A stretch of 64,000 nt of DNA from an uncultured Actinomycetes bacterium (GCA_963784845.1 CAWASN010000007.1:4022-68021), one strand, 5' to 3'; shown: positions 1 to 9,607, numbered from the stretch's first letter. The notes: a model not told the origin generated them from the sequence alone. Numbers and translations are program-made.

Positions 1-83
1 TCGGAGCGAGCAGTGACTAGGTGTTCTGCCCACGGCTGATGGCAGCCGACCGGTCGGGTTGTTCGAAACAGGACGTCCAGGCG

Positions 84-1439
84 TCAGAACGGAAGATGCG
101 CCGCTTGGAGCGAGCGGAGCTCGTTGAACATCGCTCGGCACGCGGCCTCGTCGGGCGGGGCACACGGGTCTTCGATGACGGCCTGCAGCGCGAGGTCGGG
201 GTTTCCCGTAATCGCCGAGTCGAGGACGAGGTCCTGCACATGCGTCTGGGCGGCGATCCACCCAGCTAGCGGTTCGCGCAACGCAGGCATCTGATCGGGG
301 TGCACGCCACGGCCGTCGACGGTCGCGCCGACTTCGACGATCGCGCCGTCGGCGACGTCCGGCAGGAAGCCCTGATTGGGCACGTTGGTGGCCATGACCC
401 AGGTGGGCGTGTCGGTCCACATCGCCGCGATGATCGTCACCACCTCTTCGGGACTGTGACCGGCGACGTGCAGCGGGAGCGGGATCTTCGTCGTCGCAGC
501 CCAGCTCGCAGCTCGCTCCGCCACCTGCATGATCGGCTCGTGGAAGTCGAGCGGCGTCGGCTGCCACTCGGCAACGTCGAGCGCGAACGGCACGTACTCG
601 CCGATGTGGCTGTCGACCGAGCAGGGCACGAGTCCGAACTCGCGGACCAGGTGCACGACGAGAGGTAGGTAGTTGAACTCGAGGAAGGTCGCACCAACCA
701 GCATGCGATCAAGGGCCTTTGCGGCGCGGATGATTCGCGGCGAGTAGTCGAAGACGGGTTTGGCGAAGTACGTACGGATGCGAGGGAGCAGGTCCTCCCC
801 GGTGCGTCGGTCCCGGAACTCGGTGAAGAACGTGAAGTGGTTGATGCCCGACGCCTTCGCCTCGATGGCCCGCCGGGGCACGCGCAGCCTCCGCGCCAGC
901 CGGTTGATCCCAAGGGGCATCTCGTGACACATCCCGACATTGCGCACCGCGGTCGCGCGGTTGATGGCCAGCGTGACGCGGCTCATCGGGTTCGTGAGGT
1001 TGATGAGGAACGCGTCCGGGCAGTACTTCTCGATGCTCTCGCAGATGCCGAGTGTGTTCTTGATGCTGCGGAGCGAGTGGAACACCGCGCCGGGTCCGCC
1101 GTTCTCGCCGTTGATCTGGCGGGCGCCGTACCGGTTGGGAATCGCAAAGTCCTGCTTCCAGAACTCGAAGCGGCCGAACTCCGCGCTCGACAGCACGAAG
1201 TCCGCGCCGTCGAGTGCCTCGCTCGGGTCGGTCGAGTAGTCCAAGATCACGGGCGCGCCGGCTGAGGCGTTGAGCTTCGCCGCGAACTGGTAGGCGCGTT
1301 GGAGTCGTTCCGGGTTGACGTCATGCAATACGAGGCGCGCACCGCGGAGCTCGGGCGTGTGGACGACGTCGTTGACCATCGCGGGCCCGAACGACATCCC
1401 GCCCGCTCCGACGAGCGCGATCTTCGGCGTTGTCGTCAT
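84..1439 (-). CDS. Glycoside hydrolase family 4 (NAD+/Mn2+-dependent alpha-glucosidase/galactosidase-like)
   Basis: Last 451 codons of ORF 84..2045(-). ATG at 1439 gives MTTTPKIALVGAGGMSFGP (Rossmann N-terminus), followed by NLTNPMS and GMCHE motifs typical of GH4. The upstream part of the ORF is Arg-rich junk. Confidence 0.85.
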   Translation of the reverse strand: MTTTPKIALVGAGGMSFGPAMVNDVVHTPELRGARLVLHDVNPERLQRAYQFAAKLNASAGAPVILDYSTDPSEALDGADFVLSSAEFGRFEFWKQDFAIPNRYGARQINGENGGPGAVFHSLRSIKNTLGICESIEKYCPDAFLINLTNPMSRVTLAINRATAVRNVGMCHEMPLGINRLARRLRVPRRAIEAKASGINHFTFFTEFRDRRTGEDLLPRIRTYFAKPVFDYSPRIIRAAKALDRMLVGATFLEFNYLPLVVHLVREFGLVPCSVDSHIGEYVPFALDVAEWQPTPLDFHEPIMQVAERAASWAATTKIPLPLHVAGHSPEEVVTIIAAMWTDTPTWVMATNVPNQGFLPDVADGAIVEVGATVDGRGVHPDQMPALREPLAGWIAAQTHVQDLVLDSAITGNPDLALQAVIEDPCAPPDEAACRAMFNELRSLQAAHLPF

Positions 1440-1489
1440 CTCGAACTCCGATCGACTGTGGCGGCACGCGACGGTATCGACGCTGCAGG

Positions 1490-1790
1490 TCACCGTCGAA
1501 CGGAGCGAGGTTGCCCGCCCGGTGCGATCGCCGCGCGTCGTTCGATGCTGAGGGCGAGCGGCCGAAAGACGAAGCGGTGAAACGGTGCAACCGCATACCA
1601 GTAAGCCCTCCCGAACAAGCCGCGGGGGCGGAACAGTGCGCGTCGTACCAGGACGGTCCTGCTCTCTGCTCCCGTCGCGGGAAGTGATCGACCACTCGAG
1701 CCATGTGTCGCCGGGCGGTCTACGAAAATGGATTGCCGACGCCGTTGTCCGGCACTTGCCGCTCGTCCTCGTCTGCGCGCGGGCAACGGT
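1490..1790 (-). pseudogene. Possible DUF2867-like gene remnant (frame-broken)
   Basis: ORF 1490..1786(-) contains LFRPRGLFGRAYWYAVAPFHRFVFRPL. An adjacent frame gives PGDTWLEWSI. This resembles the C-terminal YWY..PFH..F signature I associate with DUF2867 proteins. No intact N-terminus was found. Confidence 0.3.
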
Positions 1791-2163
1791 CCTCACTCGA
1801 ACTCGTCGCTTATCTTCGACGGATTCGGCGCATCGGACCACGCCAAATGAGAACCGCGAGCGTCGGTGCTGCGGCTCGGGGCCCGGGCCGGCACCCGCTT
1901 CGGTCGAGACACGAGCCGGGCCTTTGGTCGCGACTTCGCGCGCGGCCGAGCTGCTCCGATAGATGGGCGCCATGGGCGACGCCTCAGAACCGACCCGCCG
2001 CTGCTCGCGTTGCAGATTGCTCAGTCCCGTCGCAGCTGTGCGCACGGCGGTGCTGGGGTGACCATCATCTCGGCATCTTCATCCGTCACTGCTTGCCCTC
2101 GGCCCTTCATCAGCGCGACGAGGTGTAAGTGCTCGGACGCATTCGCACAGAGACATCATCGAG

Positions 2164-2216
2164 GTGTCTCAGATCACCTGCCCCAGAACATCGGGCCAAA
2201 TCGTGTCCCAGATCAC
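2164..2216. repeat. Two 14-nt direct repeats GTGTC(T/C)CAGATCAC spaced 39 nt apart
   Basis: Read directly at 2164-2177 and 2203-2216, with 13/14 identity. They lie in a stretch with no convincing coding frame. Confidence 0.5.
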
Positions 2217-2393
2217 AAAGCGCAGCGTACGCGATCGTCGCCATCAATCGCCGGTGCTAGTGGTCGAGAGCCCCACGTTGCGGCACTTCGGTGATGGTTG
2301 CTGCGTCTGGCCGACCCACACGTATGCGGGCGCCCGTTCTCCGCGGATCTGCGCCGTCTTACAGGGGGATAACCGCCCCAGGCCTCATCATCC

Positions 2394-2842
2394 TCATGAC
2401 GCTGGTGCGTCGTGGTGCGGTGGGTACTGGCTGACCGTGCGCCGTGTCCACGCGTCCGATGTGTCGATGTAGAGCTCGACCTCGTGTCCGTCGGGATCCT
2501 CCACATGCAGGCTCTTCGTGAACGCTGCGGTCCGCCACATGAGAGAGTCGCAATGCCTGCCGCGTCGAGCACAGCTTCGACGCGGCGGAACTCATCAAGA
2601 GAATCACCGACCTTGAACGCGATGTGCGCAAGCCCGGTGGCGCCCGCGTGGGGTGACGGCGCGGCGTCGCCGACCTCGATCAGCGCGAAATCGTGATGGT
2701 TCCCGAGCGTGAAGAACGACATCGCAATCGGGTCCGAGATGCGCGAGATGATCGGCATCTCCAAGACGCCCGCGTAGAACGCCTCCGAACGTCGGAGGTC
2801 CCGAACGTTGAGCACGACGTGCCCGAGGCTCTTTACCAACAT
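2394..2842 (-). CDS. VOC family protein (glyoxalase/bleomycin-resistance/extradiol dioxygenase fold), one frameshift near 2540
   Basis: N-terminus MLVKSLGHVVLNVRDLRRSEAFYAGVLEM...LAHIAFKV comes from ORF 2213..2842(-). Switching frame near 2540 gives AAFTKSLHVEDPDGHEVELYIDTSDAW... and a stop at 2394. Confidence 0.8.
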
Positions 2843-2893
2843 CCCTCGTCCTCTTCGCTATGCCGCGAAAGGATGACCTTTCGGCCGTGTCGC

Positions 2894-3403
2894 TCAGCGA
2901 GCCGCGAGGAGGGCCGCGGCGTCCTGGTCGCTCATCGGCGGGCCGACCGGCGTCAGATCGTGTGAAGCGGCGATGCGCGCGAGCTCGTCCATAGGCGGGA
3001 AGACCGGTGCCGGGGGCACGATGTGTGCCTCGGCCGGGAAACCGACGTCGCGGATCAGGTCCCGGAACGTCGCATTGTCGTGCACGAGCAGGATGCGTGC
3101 GTCGCGATCACCGATGACGCGGAAGGTGTGCGGCACGCCTCGCGGCATCGAGACCCAGTGCCCGGGACCGACGATCGAGACGTCGTCGGCGCAGCGCACG
3201 ATGATCTCACCGTCGAGGATGTACCACGTGTCGTCGAGGTCATCGTGCACGTGGAGCGGAGCGGCCGAACCGACTGGCAGCGTCATCTCCAACACGATGG
3301 TCTCCATGTCGGGAGCGCAACGATGCTCGACCACCAACGTGTCGAGGAACCACCACGCCCGCGCGTTTGCGTTGTCGGGACCGTCGATGACTGCTGAACC
3401 CAT
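2894..3403 (-). CDS. Cupin domain protein
   Basis: ATG at 3403 is preceded by GAAGG. The protein carries PLHVHDDLDDTWYILDGEI...GHWVSMPRGVPHTF, a cupin two-motif pattern. It is divergent from a MarR gene. Confidence 0.8.
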   Translation of the reverse strand: MGSAVIDGPDNANARAWWFLDTLVVEHRCAPDMETIVLEMTLPVGSAAPLHVHDDLDDTWYILDGEIIVRCADDVSIVGPGHWVSMPRGVPHTFRVIGDRDARILLVHDNATFRDLIRDVGFPAEAHIVPPAPVFPPMDELARIAASHDLTPVGPPMSDQDAAALLAAR

Positions 3404-3483
3404 GGTCACACCTTCTTCGTGAGAGGTGCGCCCGCCGTCTTCGACGCCCGCACCGTGCCGTTCCTGCCCCATCGGCAGAACAA

Positions 3484-3521
3484 TAAGGTTTCCTTACTAT
3501 TGGATCGTAAGGTATCCTTAC
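3484..3521. promoter_or_regulatory. Two 13-nt palindromes TAAGG-N3-CCTTA (putative MarR operators)
   Basis: TAAGGTTTCCTTA sits at 3484-3496 and TAAGGTATCCTTA at 3508-3520, with centres 24 nt apart. Both lie in an AT-rich 122-nt cupin/MarR divergent spacer, and the second ends 5 nt before the MarR ATG. Confidence 0.5.
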
Positions 3522-3525
3522 AAAC

Positions 3526-4011
3526 ATGTCAAGCAGTGATCCTCCGAGCTCCCCCCCGTACGTCGGCGCGCTCCTGCGGCCCTGTTGGCAATGGGTCCGC
3601 GACCAGATCTACGCGGGCGTGGTGGCGGAGGGCTACGACGATCTGAACGCCGCCCACGTCGCGCTGTTCCGGTATCCCACGCTCGACCGCCAACGCCCCT
3701 CCGAACTCGCCGAGCAACTGCAGGTCACCCGACAATCGATCAACGATCTGCTGGGCCACCTCGAACGCTGCGGTTACATCACCCGCCACGCCGACGCTGC
3801 GGACGGGCGACGCGCACGTGCGGTCCGACTCACCGCCAAAGGACGGCGCCTCCAAACAGCCATCACCCGACACGCTCGAGCCGCGGAAGACCACATTGCC
3901 GAACTCCTCGGGCCGCGCCGCTTCTCGCAACTCCGCGACGCGCTCGAGGAACTCTCACGCCGCCTCACCGACGACCGATCAACTCCGGCGCTCGACAGAT
4001 CGAAGACGTGA
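3526..4011 (+). CDS. MarR family transcriptional regulator
   Basis: Intact 161-aa ORF. The winged-helix region PSELAEQLQVTRQSINDLLGHLERCGYITRHADAADGRRARAVRLTAKG is typical of MarR. Confidence 0.85.
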   Translation: MSSSDPPSSPPYVGALLRPCWQWVRDQIYAGVVAEGYDDLNAAHVALFRYPTLDRQRPSELAEQLQVTRQSINDLLGHLERCGYITRHADAADGRRARAVRLTAKGRRLQTAITRHARAAEDHIAELLGPRRFSQLRDALEELSRRLTDDRSTPALDRSKT

Positions 4012-4183
4012 CCGCAAGAGTGCGTCCGCGTCCAGCTGCGCAGTCGACCAATGGCAGTGTCGCGTGCCGAGTGTTTCGCAACGGGTCTCCCCGAGGTACC
4101 AATCAGGGACAGGCGAAGCCGTCGTGACTGCGAACCGGGGGACTGGCCGGCCTCGGATCGCACGAGCCCCGGCGCGGCGTCGG

Positions 4184-5414
4184 TTACGCGGCGGGGCGCT
4201 TCACCGCCTTGAGCAGCGCGGCGTTCGGCTTCTCGGGAAGATCGGTGAGCGGCTGAGCGAGTCTCCTCGACCGTGGGGCCGTACTGCGCCGCGAGCGGCG
4301 CGAGCGCGTCGAGATCGAAGTCGAAGAGCTGGCCGCGTTGCCGGCCAGCACGTCGCGCAGCTCGACCTCGGGGACGTTGTTGAACACCGCTCGCAACGTC
4401 TCGCGGGTATAGGGCGGGGTGCCCTCGTCGTGCGGGTAGTCGCTGCCCCACATGAAGCGGCCCGGGCGCGAGCACCTTGCGGGCTTCCCAGTCCTCGGGG
4501 CCCGGGGAAGCTGGCGCCGACCCAGCAGTTCTGCTCGAAGTACTCGGTGGCCGAGCGCGGTAGCGCGTTCTCGGCGGTGTACTTGAGCTCGCCGATCTCG
4601 CCCTTGCGCACGTTGGCGATGATTCCGTCGAGCTGCTCAGCATCGGCGGGACCGCCGACAGCCGCGCTCTCGGTCATGACGAACTTGAGGCGGGGAAAGC
4701 GCTCGAACACGCCCGAGAGGAGCATGTGCACGAAAGGCCGCGATGCCGTAGAACCCGACCTCGCTGATCATGATCATCGGGACCGATGCGAACTTGCCGT
4801 AGTTCGGCGAGCCGGTGCCGCCGTGCAGCTGCACCGGGATCTCGAGGTCCTGCAGAACGGCCCACAGACGGTCGTAGGTCAGGGTCGTAGAGCGGCTTCA
4901 CCCACGTGACGTCGGGCGCGACCGTCGGCAGCAGGACGCCGCCGCGGAGGCCGTGCTCCTTGATCCAGGTGACGTCTTCGATCGCGTCGTCGATGTCGTT
5001 CAGGAAGAACTGACCGACGCCGGCGCGCTGCGCGGGCTTGCGCGCGCAGAAGTCGACGAGCCAGCGGTTGTGCGCGTGGATGCCGGCGCGCCGGTGCTCG
5101 TACTCGTCGGGCTTGGGCGGCGCCGCGAACAGCACGAACCCCGGATAGAAGGGTGGGACCGTGTTGGGGAAGATCACCTCACCCACCACCCCGTCGGCGA
5201 GCTGGTCGGCGTCTCGCCGGTCGTCGTCCCAGTTGCGGACGCGCAGGTCGGTGTCGCGCAAGTCCTTCCACGGGTTCTTGTACTTGCCCCGCCACGCATC
5301 GAAGTCGTCACGGAACTTCGGGTCGAGGTACTCGCGGTAGGTCTCGTGGTTCGCGCCCGCATGGCAGTCCGACGAGATGAGCGTGTAACGGGGGGCAACC
5401 GAATCGGTAGTCAT
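4184..5414 (-). CDS. Amidohydrolase_2 (ACMSD-like metal-dependent hydrolase), at least 3 frameshifts
   Basis: Fragments in ORFs 4674..5612, 4637..4834, 4201..4731 and 4184..4453(-) join into one protein. Recognisable segments are MTTDSVAPRYTLISSDCHAG..., ...MHMLLSGVFERFPRLKFVMTE... and ...MWGSDYPHDEGT. Confidence 0.75.
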
Positions 5415-5426
5415 GGTCCAACTATA

Positions 5427-5443
5427 AGCAGAATCTCGTTCTA
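5427..5443. promoter_or_regulatory. AGCAGAATCTCGTTCTA operator-like element
   Basis: AT-rich element in the 40-nt spacer between the amidohydrolase (-) and TetR (+) starts. It contains AGAAT-CTC-GTTCT, and a near-identical copy sits at 63317-63332. Confidence 0.4.
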
Positions 5444-5454
5444 TAATCAAGGGC

Positions 5455-6066
5455 ATGACCGCCGTACTGCCGAACCCCGCCTCGCTCCCCCGCGGGCAAC
5501 AGGAACGCCGGCAGCGCATCATCAAGGCCGCGATCACCCTGCTCGAGACCGGGGAGTACGACGCGATCCAGATGCGCGACGTCGCCGAACGGGCCGGCGT
5601 GGCGCTGGCCACGATCTACCGCTACTTCACCTCGAAGGAGCACCTCTACGCCGCCGCGATCGCTCGAATGGGCGTCGGGCTACCCCACCGCCGGACGAGC
5701 CGGGGCCGTCTCGGGTGCCGACGACGAGACCCGGCTGCGGGCGCTCATGCGCCGGGCCGTTCGCGCCTTCGAACGCTACCCGCAGATGATGCGAGCCGAG
5801 ATCGTGCTCGAGAGCTCGAACGACACGAACGCGCGCGCGCTGTGGGACGAGTTCGCCGCGCAGAACACCGCGACGCTCACCACGGCGATGTCGTCGACCG
5901 ATCCCGAGACGGCGGCCGCCATCGTCGACGTCGCCAACGCAGTCATGGTGACCCGGCTGCGGTCATGGGCGCTCGGCCGGTGCACCATCCGCGACGTCGA
6001 CAAGTCAGTCCAACGCGCGCGCTCGACCTGCTCTTCGGAGCCCCGAATCCGCGTCCGAGATCGTGA
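5455..6066 (+). CDS. TetR family transcriptional regulator (two compensating frameshifts)
   Basis: HTH region RIIKAAITLLETGEYDAIQMRDVAERAGVALATIYRYFTSKEHLY. The middle part reads in the 5747.. frame (RRAVRAFERYPQMMRAEIVLESS...), and the reading returns to the first frame for LDLLFGAP. Confidence 0.8.
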   Translation: MTAVLPNPASLPRGQQERRQRIIKAAITLLETGEYDAIQMRDVAERAGVALATIYRYFTSKEHLYAAAIARMGVGLPHRRTSRGRLGCRRRDPAAGAHAPGRSRLRTLPADDASRDRARELERHERARAVGRVRRAEHRDAHHGDVVDRSRDGGRHRRRRQRSHGDPAAVMGARPVHHPRRRQVSPTRALDLLFGAPNPRPRS

Positions 6067-6085
6067 AGTGTCGGAGCGGCGTGCG

Positions 6086-7563
6086 TCAGGGTTTCTGATG
6101 CTTCGTCGGCTTCGAGCGTCGATCGCCGGTCGGCCGTCGTTTCTTCGCTTTGGTCGGGCTGTTCCGGGCGGCCGCCTTGAGGAGCTCGTTGTGGGCGTCC
6201 TCGACGGCGTGGGCCATGTCGCGGAGACGGGGGACGAGCTCGCGGCACGCGATGAACCCCCAGTCGATCCGATCGAGGTAGCTGAGGACCGTGATGTTCA
6301 GTCCGGCGCCTTCGATGGGCGGTCCGAGGGGCAGCATGGACACGACGCGGGCTCCGCCGAGGTAGAGGGGAAACGGAGGCCCGGGGACGTTGGAGATCAC
6401 GAGGTTGATGGGGGCGGTGCCGCGGTGCGCGAGCCCGCCGAGCAGCCGACTTGCGAGGCCGAACACGAGCGGACCCGCGAGCTCGCCGAGCTCCATGATG
6501 GTGCGCGCGCCGAGCGCGCGGTGTTCTTCCTTCGCCCCGTGCGTCGTGTCGCGGATGTACGCGAGTCGTGCCTCGACGTCGTCGAGGTGCGTGGGGAGGG
6601 ACACGAACATGGCCGAGACCTTGTTGGCGCTGTCGATGTCGGCTGTCTGTTCGTTTCGGACCGAGACCGGGCACGCCGCGAGGAGCGGCCGGTCCGGCAG
6701 AACGTCGAGCTGTTGGAGGTAACTGCGGATGCGCGCCCGTCGCGGTCGCGAGGACGACGTCGTTCACCGTGACTCCGAACGCGTTCTTGATCGACTTCAC
6801 CTCGTCGAGCGAGACCGACGCGAACGCGACCCTGCGGTGGGAGGTCAACGGTGCGTTCCACGGCGTGTGCGGGAGTGTCGAAGGGAGTCCCGCCCGATGG
6901 CAGGCTCGCGTCGCGCCGCACCCGAAGGATGCCGGCCAAACCGCGCAGCAGGTCCGGCACGGCCAACACCGCCGCGATCGGCGCCGGGCGACGCAACCGC
7001 GAGAGGAGCGCATGTCCGACCAGTTCCAGATCTGACGGTTTGTGTTCGGGCTTCCATTCGTTTGCGTGCGCCCGCGCGGCGGGGTCGGGCTCGAGATCCA
7101 AGATGCTGGTGACCAGGCTCGAACCCGTCACCCCATCGATCGTCGCATGGTGCATTCGCGCCACGACTACGACCGCGTCGTGCTCGACCCCCTCGATGAC
7201 CCAGAACTCCCACAGCGGTCGCGAGCGATCGAGGGCGCGGCCCGCGATATCGCCGACCAGATCGGCGACTTGGTCGATGCTCCCCGGTGTTGGCACCGCG
7301 ATCCGGCGAATGTGGTAGTCGAAGTCGAAATGCGGGTCGTCGAACCACACCGGTCGGTGCAGATCGAACGGAACGAACGCGAGCCGGCGGCGGAACTCGG
7401 GCAGCAGCGGAAGCCGCGACGCGAGATGCGCCTTGATCTTCTCGAATGAGTAGCCGCCGGGGACGGTCGAGGGATCCAAGACCATCACGGCATGGACGTG
7501 CATGTGCGAGGTCGGTGTCTCCAGGTACAGGAACGCCGTATCCATCCCGCTCAACCGGTGCAT
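6086..7563 (-). CDS. Wax ester synthase/diacylglycerol acyltransferase (WS/DGAT), at least 2 frameshifts
   Basis: MHRLSGMDTAFLYLETPTSHMHV and the HHATIDGVTG active-site motif lie in ORF 6397..7620(-). The middle lies in 5943..7013(-). The C-terminus NLVISNVPGPPFPLYLGGARV lies in 6086..6610(-). Confidence 0.85.
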
Positions 7564-7849
7564 CGACAACCCTCGACCGTCGTGCTCGACTTGCACCAGT
7601 CCACCACGATCGGTGTTCATCGACCAGCTCGTTCCCAGATCTGCACACCTGTGCCTACGAGGGTTCCAGGCGAACGCGGCCTTCGGGATCGGCGCCGTTC
7701 TCGTTCAGTGTGTAGAAGCGAGGTTGGAGTCGCCTCGGTTGCGCTCTCGGGCAACGACAGTGCCGGCTCGCCTTTCGAGTGGTAGGCGATGCCGACGGAC
7801 GACGCCGACCGGCATGCCGCGATTCGGCGGCATGGATGCGGGTTCGGGT

Positions 7850-9325
7850 TCAATCGACCGGCTCGAACCATCGGATCAGTGGCCACACCCGACGACGAAG
7901 GATGTCCGGCTCGTCGCCGCAAACCAGACGCAGTCGAAGGCGAGATCCGCCCGCGGGCCGAGCGCCGTGGTTCAGCGCCGATCGACCACGCCACGCGAGT
8001 TCCGCCGTATGCACGATGCCTGCACGAGCGTCGGCGGCCGCGACCTCGACGAATTGTGATACCCGCTCGTGGTGGTTGTACCGGAAGGTGTCGCACCGGT
8101 TCTCGTGCTGGATCATGTCCATGCCGTGGTGCGCGCAACCGCCCATGCACACGGGCAGCGCGATGCACTCCTTGCACTCGGGGTCGGAGAACGGGTCGTA
8201 TTTCAGCCAACGCTGCATGCGTCCGTTCGTGTTGCGGTAGTCGGAGATGTGCCCGATCACCTCGTTCTGGTTGCCGACCGAGTCCCAGCATTTGTAGAGC
8301 TCGCCCTCACTTCCGACGACGAGCTCGTTGGCGCGGACCGCCGTGCAGGGCGCCCCCGAACGTTGCGGGACCGTCGGCGCACCGAAGCCGTACTTCAAGG
8401 TGAGCGCCGTGAACTCGGTCTCGGCCGCGGCGAAGGTGCTCGTCGTGAAGCAGGCGGTCTTGTACGACGACGACGGCGCCAGGTTTCCGTCGTTCACGCC
8501 GACGATCTGACCGGGGTAGACAGCCAAGCGGCCGGCCAAGCCCTCGGCGGACAGGATCTCGAGCAGTTCCTCGGTGTGGGCGATGTTCTCGGTGTCGACG
8601 TTCATGCGGATCGAGATGTTGAAGTAGTCGACGGCGTGGCGCAGGTTCTCGACGATCTGCCAGAAGGTGCCCTTGCCGTTGGCGAGCGGACGCATCCGGT
8701 CGTGCACCTCGGGCGGCCCGTCGAGACACACTTGGATTCCTACGACCTTGCGATCGCGGAGTTGCTCGCACGTCTCTTCGTCGAGCAGGTAGCCGTTCGT
8801 GGTCATCGTGGCCTGATACGCGACCTCGTGGCGGTCGCACCGCTCGATGAACGCGTCGGACAGAGCGAGCAGCGGGCGTTTGCCGACGAGCGGCTCACCT
8901 CCGAACCACATCACGCCCAGGCTGGCGATCTGCGGTAGCTGGTCGTCGAGTACCTCCAACAACGCGGTCTGGACCTCCACGCTCATGATCGAGGGATGCT
9001 TGGCCTCGAAGCAGTAGGGGCAGTCGAAGTTGCAGCCGAGGCTCGTCAGGATCGTCAAGCCGAAATGCGACATGTCGTAGCGCGTGAGCCGGTAGAGGCT
9101 CTCCAGCGCTCCGACTTCGTCGAACTCGTCGGAGACGAGCATCCGACCCTTCGCCAACTCGGCCAAGAGCGAGGGTCGGACCGCCGGCTGCGGATCGCCG
9201 GCGAGGAACTCCCGCAGGCCGTCGAAGTCGGACACGCCCACGCGCAACAGCGCGCCGCTGCTGCCGTTGTAGACGAAGTGCGCGCCATCGCGGTCGACCC
9301 ACACGTTGTAGCGGGATTCCTTCAT
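7850..9325 (-). CDS. Radical SAM / SPASM-domain peptide maturase (putative RiPP-modifying enzyme)
   Basis: ATG at 9325 (MKESRYNVWVDRDG...) overlaps the corrected stop of the upstream precursor as ATGA. CNFDCPYC (Cx3Cx2C) sits at residues ~98-105. The C-terminus carries C-x13-G-x4-C ... CKECIALPVCMGGC ... C, the 7-Cys SPASM pattern. The last ~70 aa are Arg-rich and may be frame-affected. Confidence 0.9.
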   Translation of the reverse strand: MKESRYNVWVDRDGAHFVYNGSSGALLRVGVSDFDGLREFLAGDPQPAVRPSLLAELAKGRMLVSDEFDEVGALESLYRLTRYDMSHFGLTILTSLGCNFDCPYCFEAKHPSIMSVEVQTALLEVLDDQLPQIASLGVMWFGGEPLVGKRPLLALSDAFIERCDRHEVAYQATMTTNGYLLDEETCEQLRDRKVVGIQVCLDGPPEVHDRMRPLANGKGTFWQIVENLRHAVDYFNISIRMNVDTENIAHTEELLEILSAEGLAGRLAVYPGQIVGVNDGNLAPSSSYKTACFTTSTFAAAETEFTALTLKYGFGAPTVPQRSGAPCTAVRANELVVGSEGELYKCWDSVGNQNEVIGHISDYRNTNGRMQRWLKYDPFSDPECKECIALPVCMGGCAHHGMDMIQHENRCDTFRYNHHERVSQFVEVAAADARAGIVHTAELAWRGRSALNHGARPAGGSRLRLRLVCGDEPDILRRRVWPLIRWFEPVD

Positions 9326-9607
9326 GCGATGTTCGTCACGGAGCAGATGTCCTTCTTGAAGCATGGCATCCATACCTGCGGTTGGCATACGCCTTTCGGA
9401 TTGCAGGTGCCGAACCCGGGCGGCTTGCACTGCGCAGGGCACCCATGCCGGAAGCCCCCCGACTTCCGGCTCGGTCTCGAGCGCGTGGACCAAACCCTCG
9501 AGTGCCTCGCGGATCTCGGGCGTCAGCTCCGCGTCCGCGCCAACCGCGATCTGAATCTCGACACTAGGTTCCACGACCCAGCCGCTGTCGTCGGATTGAT
9601 CGCTCAT
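9322..9607 (-). CDS. RiPP precursor peptide A3 (6-Cys core); frame broken in a C6 run at 9455-9460
   Basis: GGGAGGTGCG precedes the ATG at 9607. The leader is MSDQSDDSGWVVEPSVEIQIAVGADAELTPEIREALEGLVHALETEPEV. Removing one base of the homopolymer gives GGFRHGCPAQCKPPGFGTCNPKGVCQPQVWMPCFKKDICSVTNIA and a stop. The six-frame track fuses this leader to the rSAM ORF 7850..9607. Confidence 0.7.

Noticed and set aside
7850-9607. 585-aa ORF suggesting a natural precursor-leader/radical-SAM fusion protein
   Set aside because: Removing one base from the C6 run at 9455-9460 restores the family-conserved EVGGFR junction, a Cys-rich core and an ATGA-coupled stop/start. The window is full of similar single-base frame errors. 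It is kept only as a low-probability alternative.
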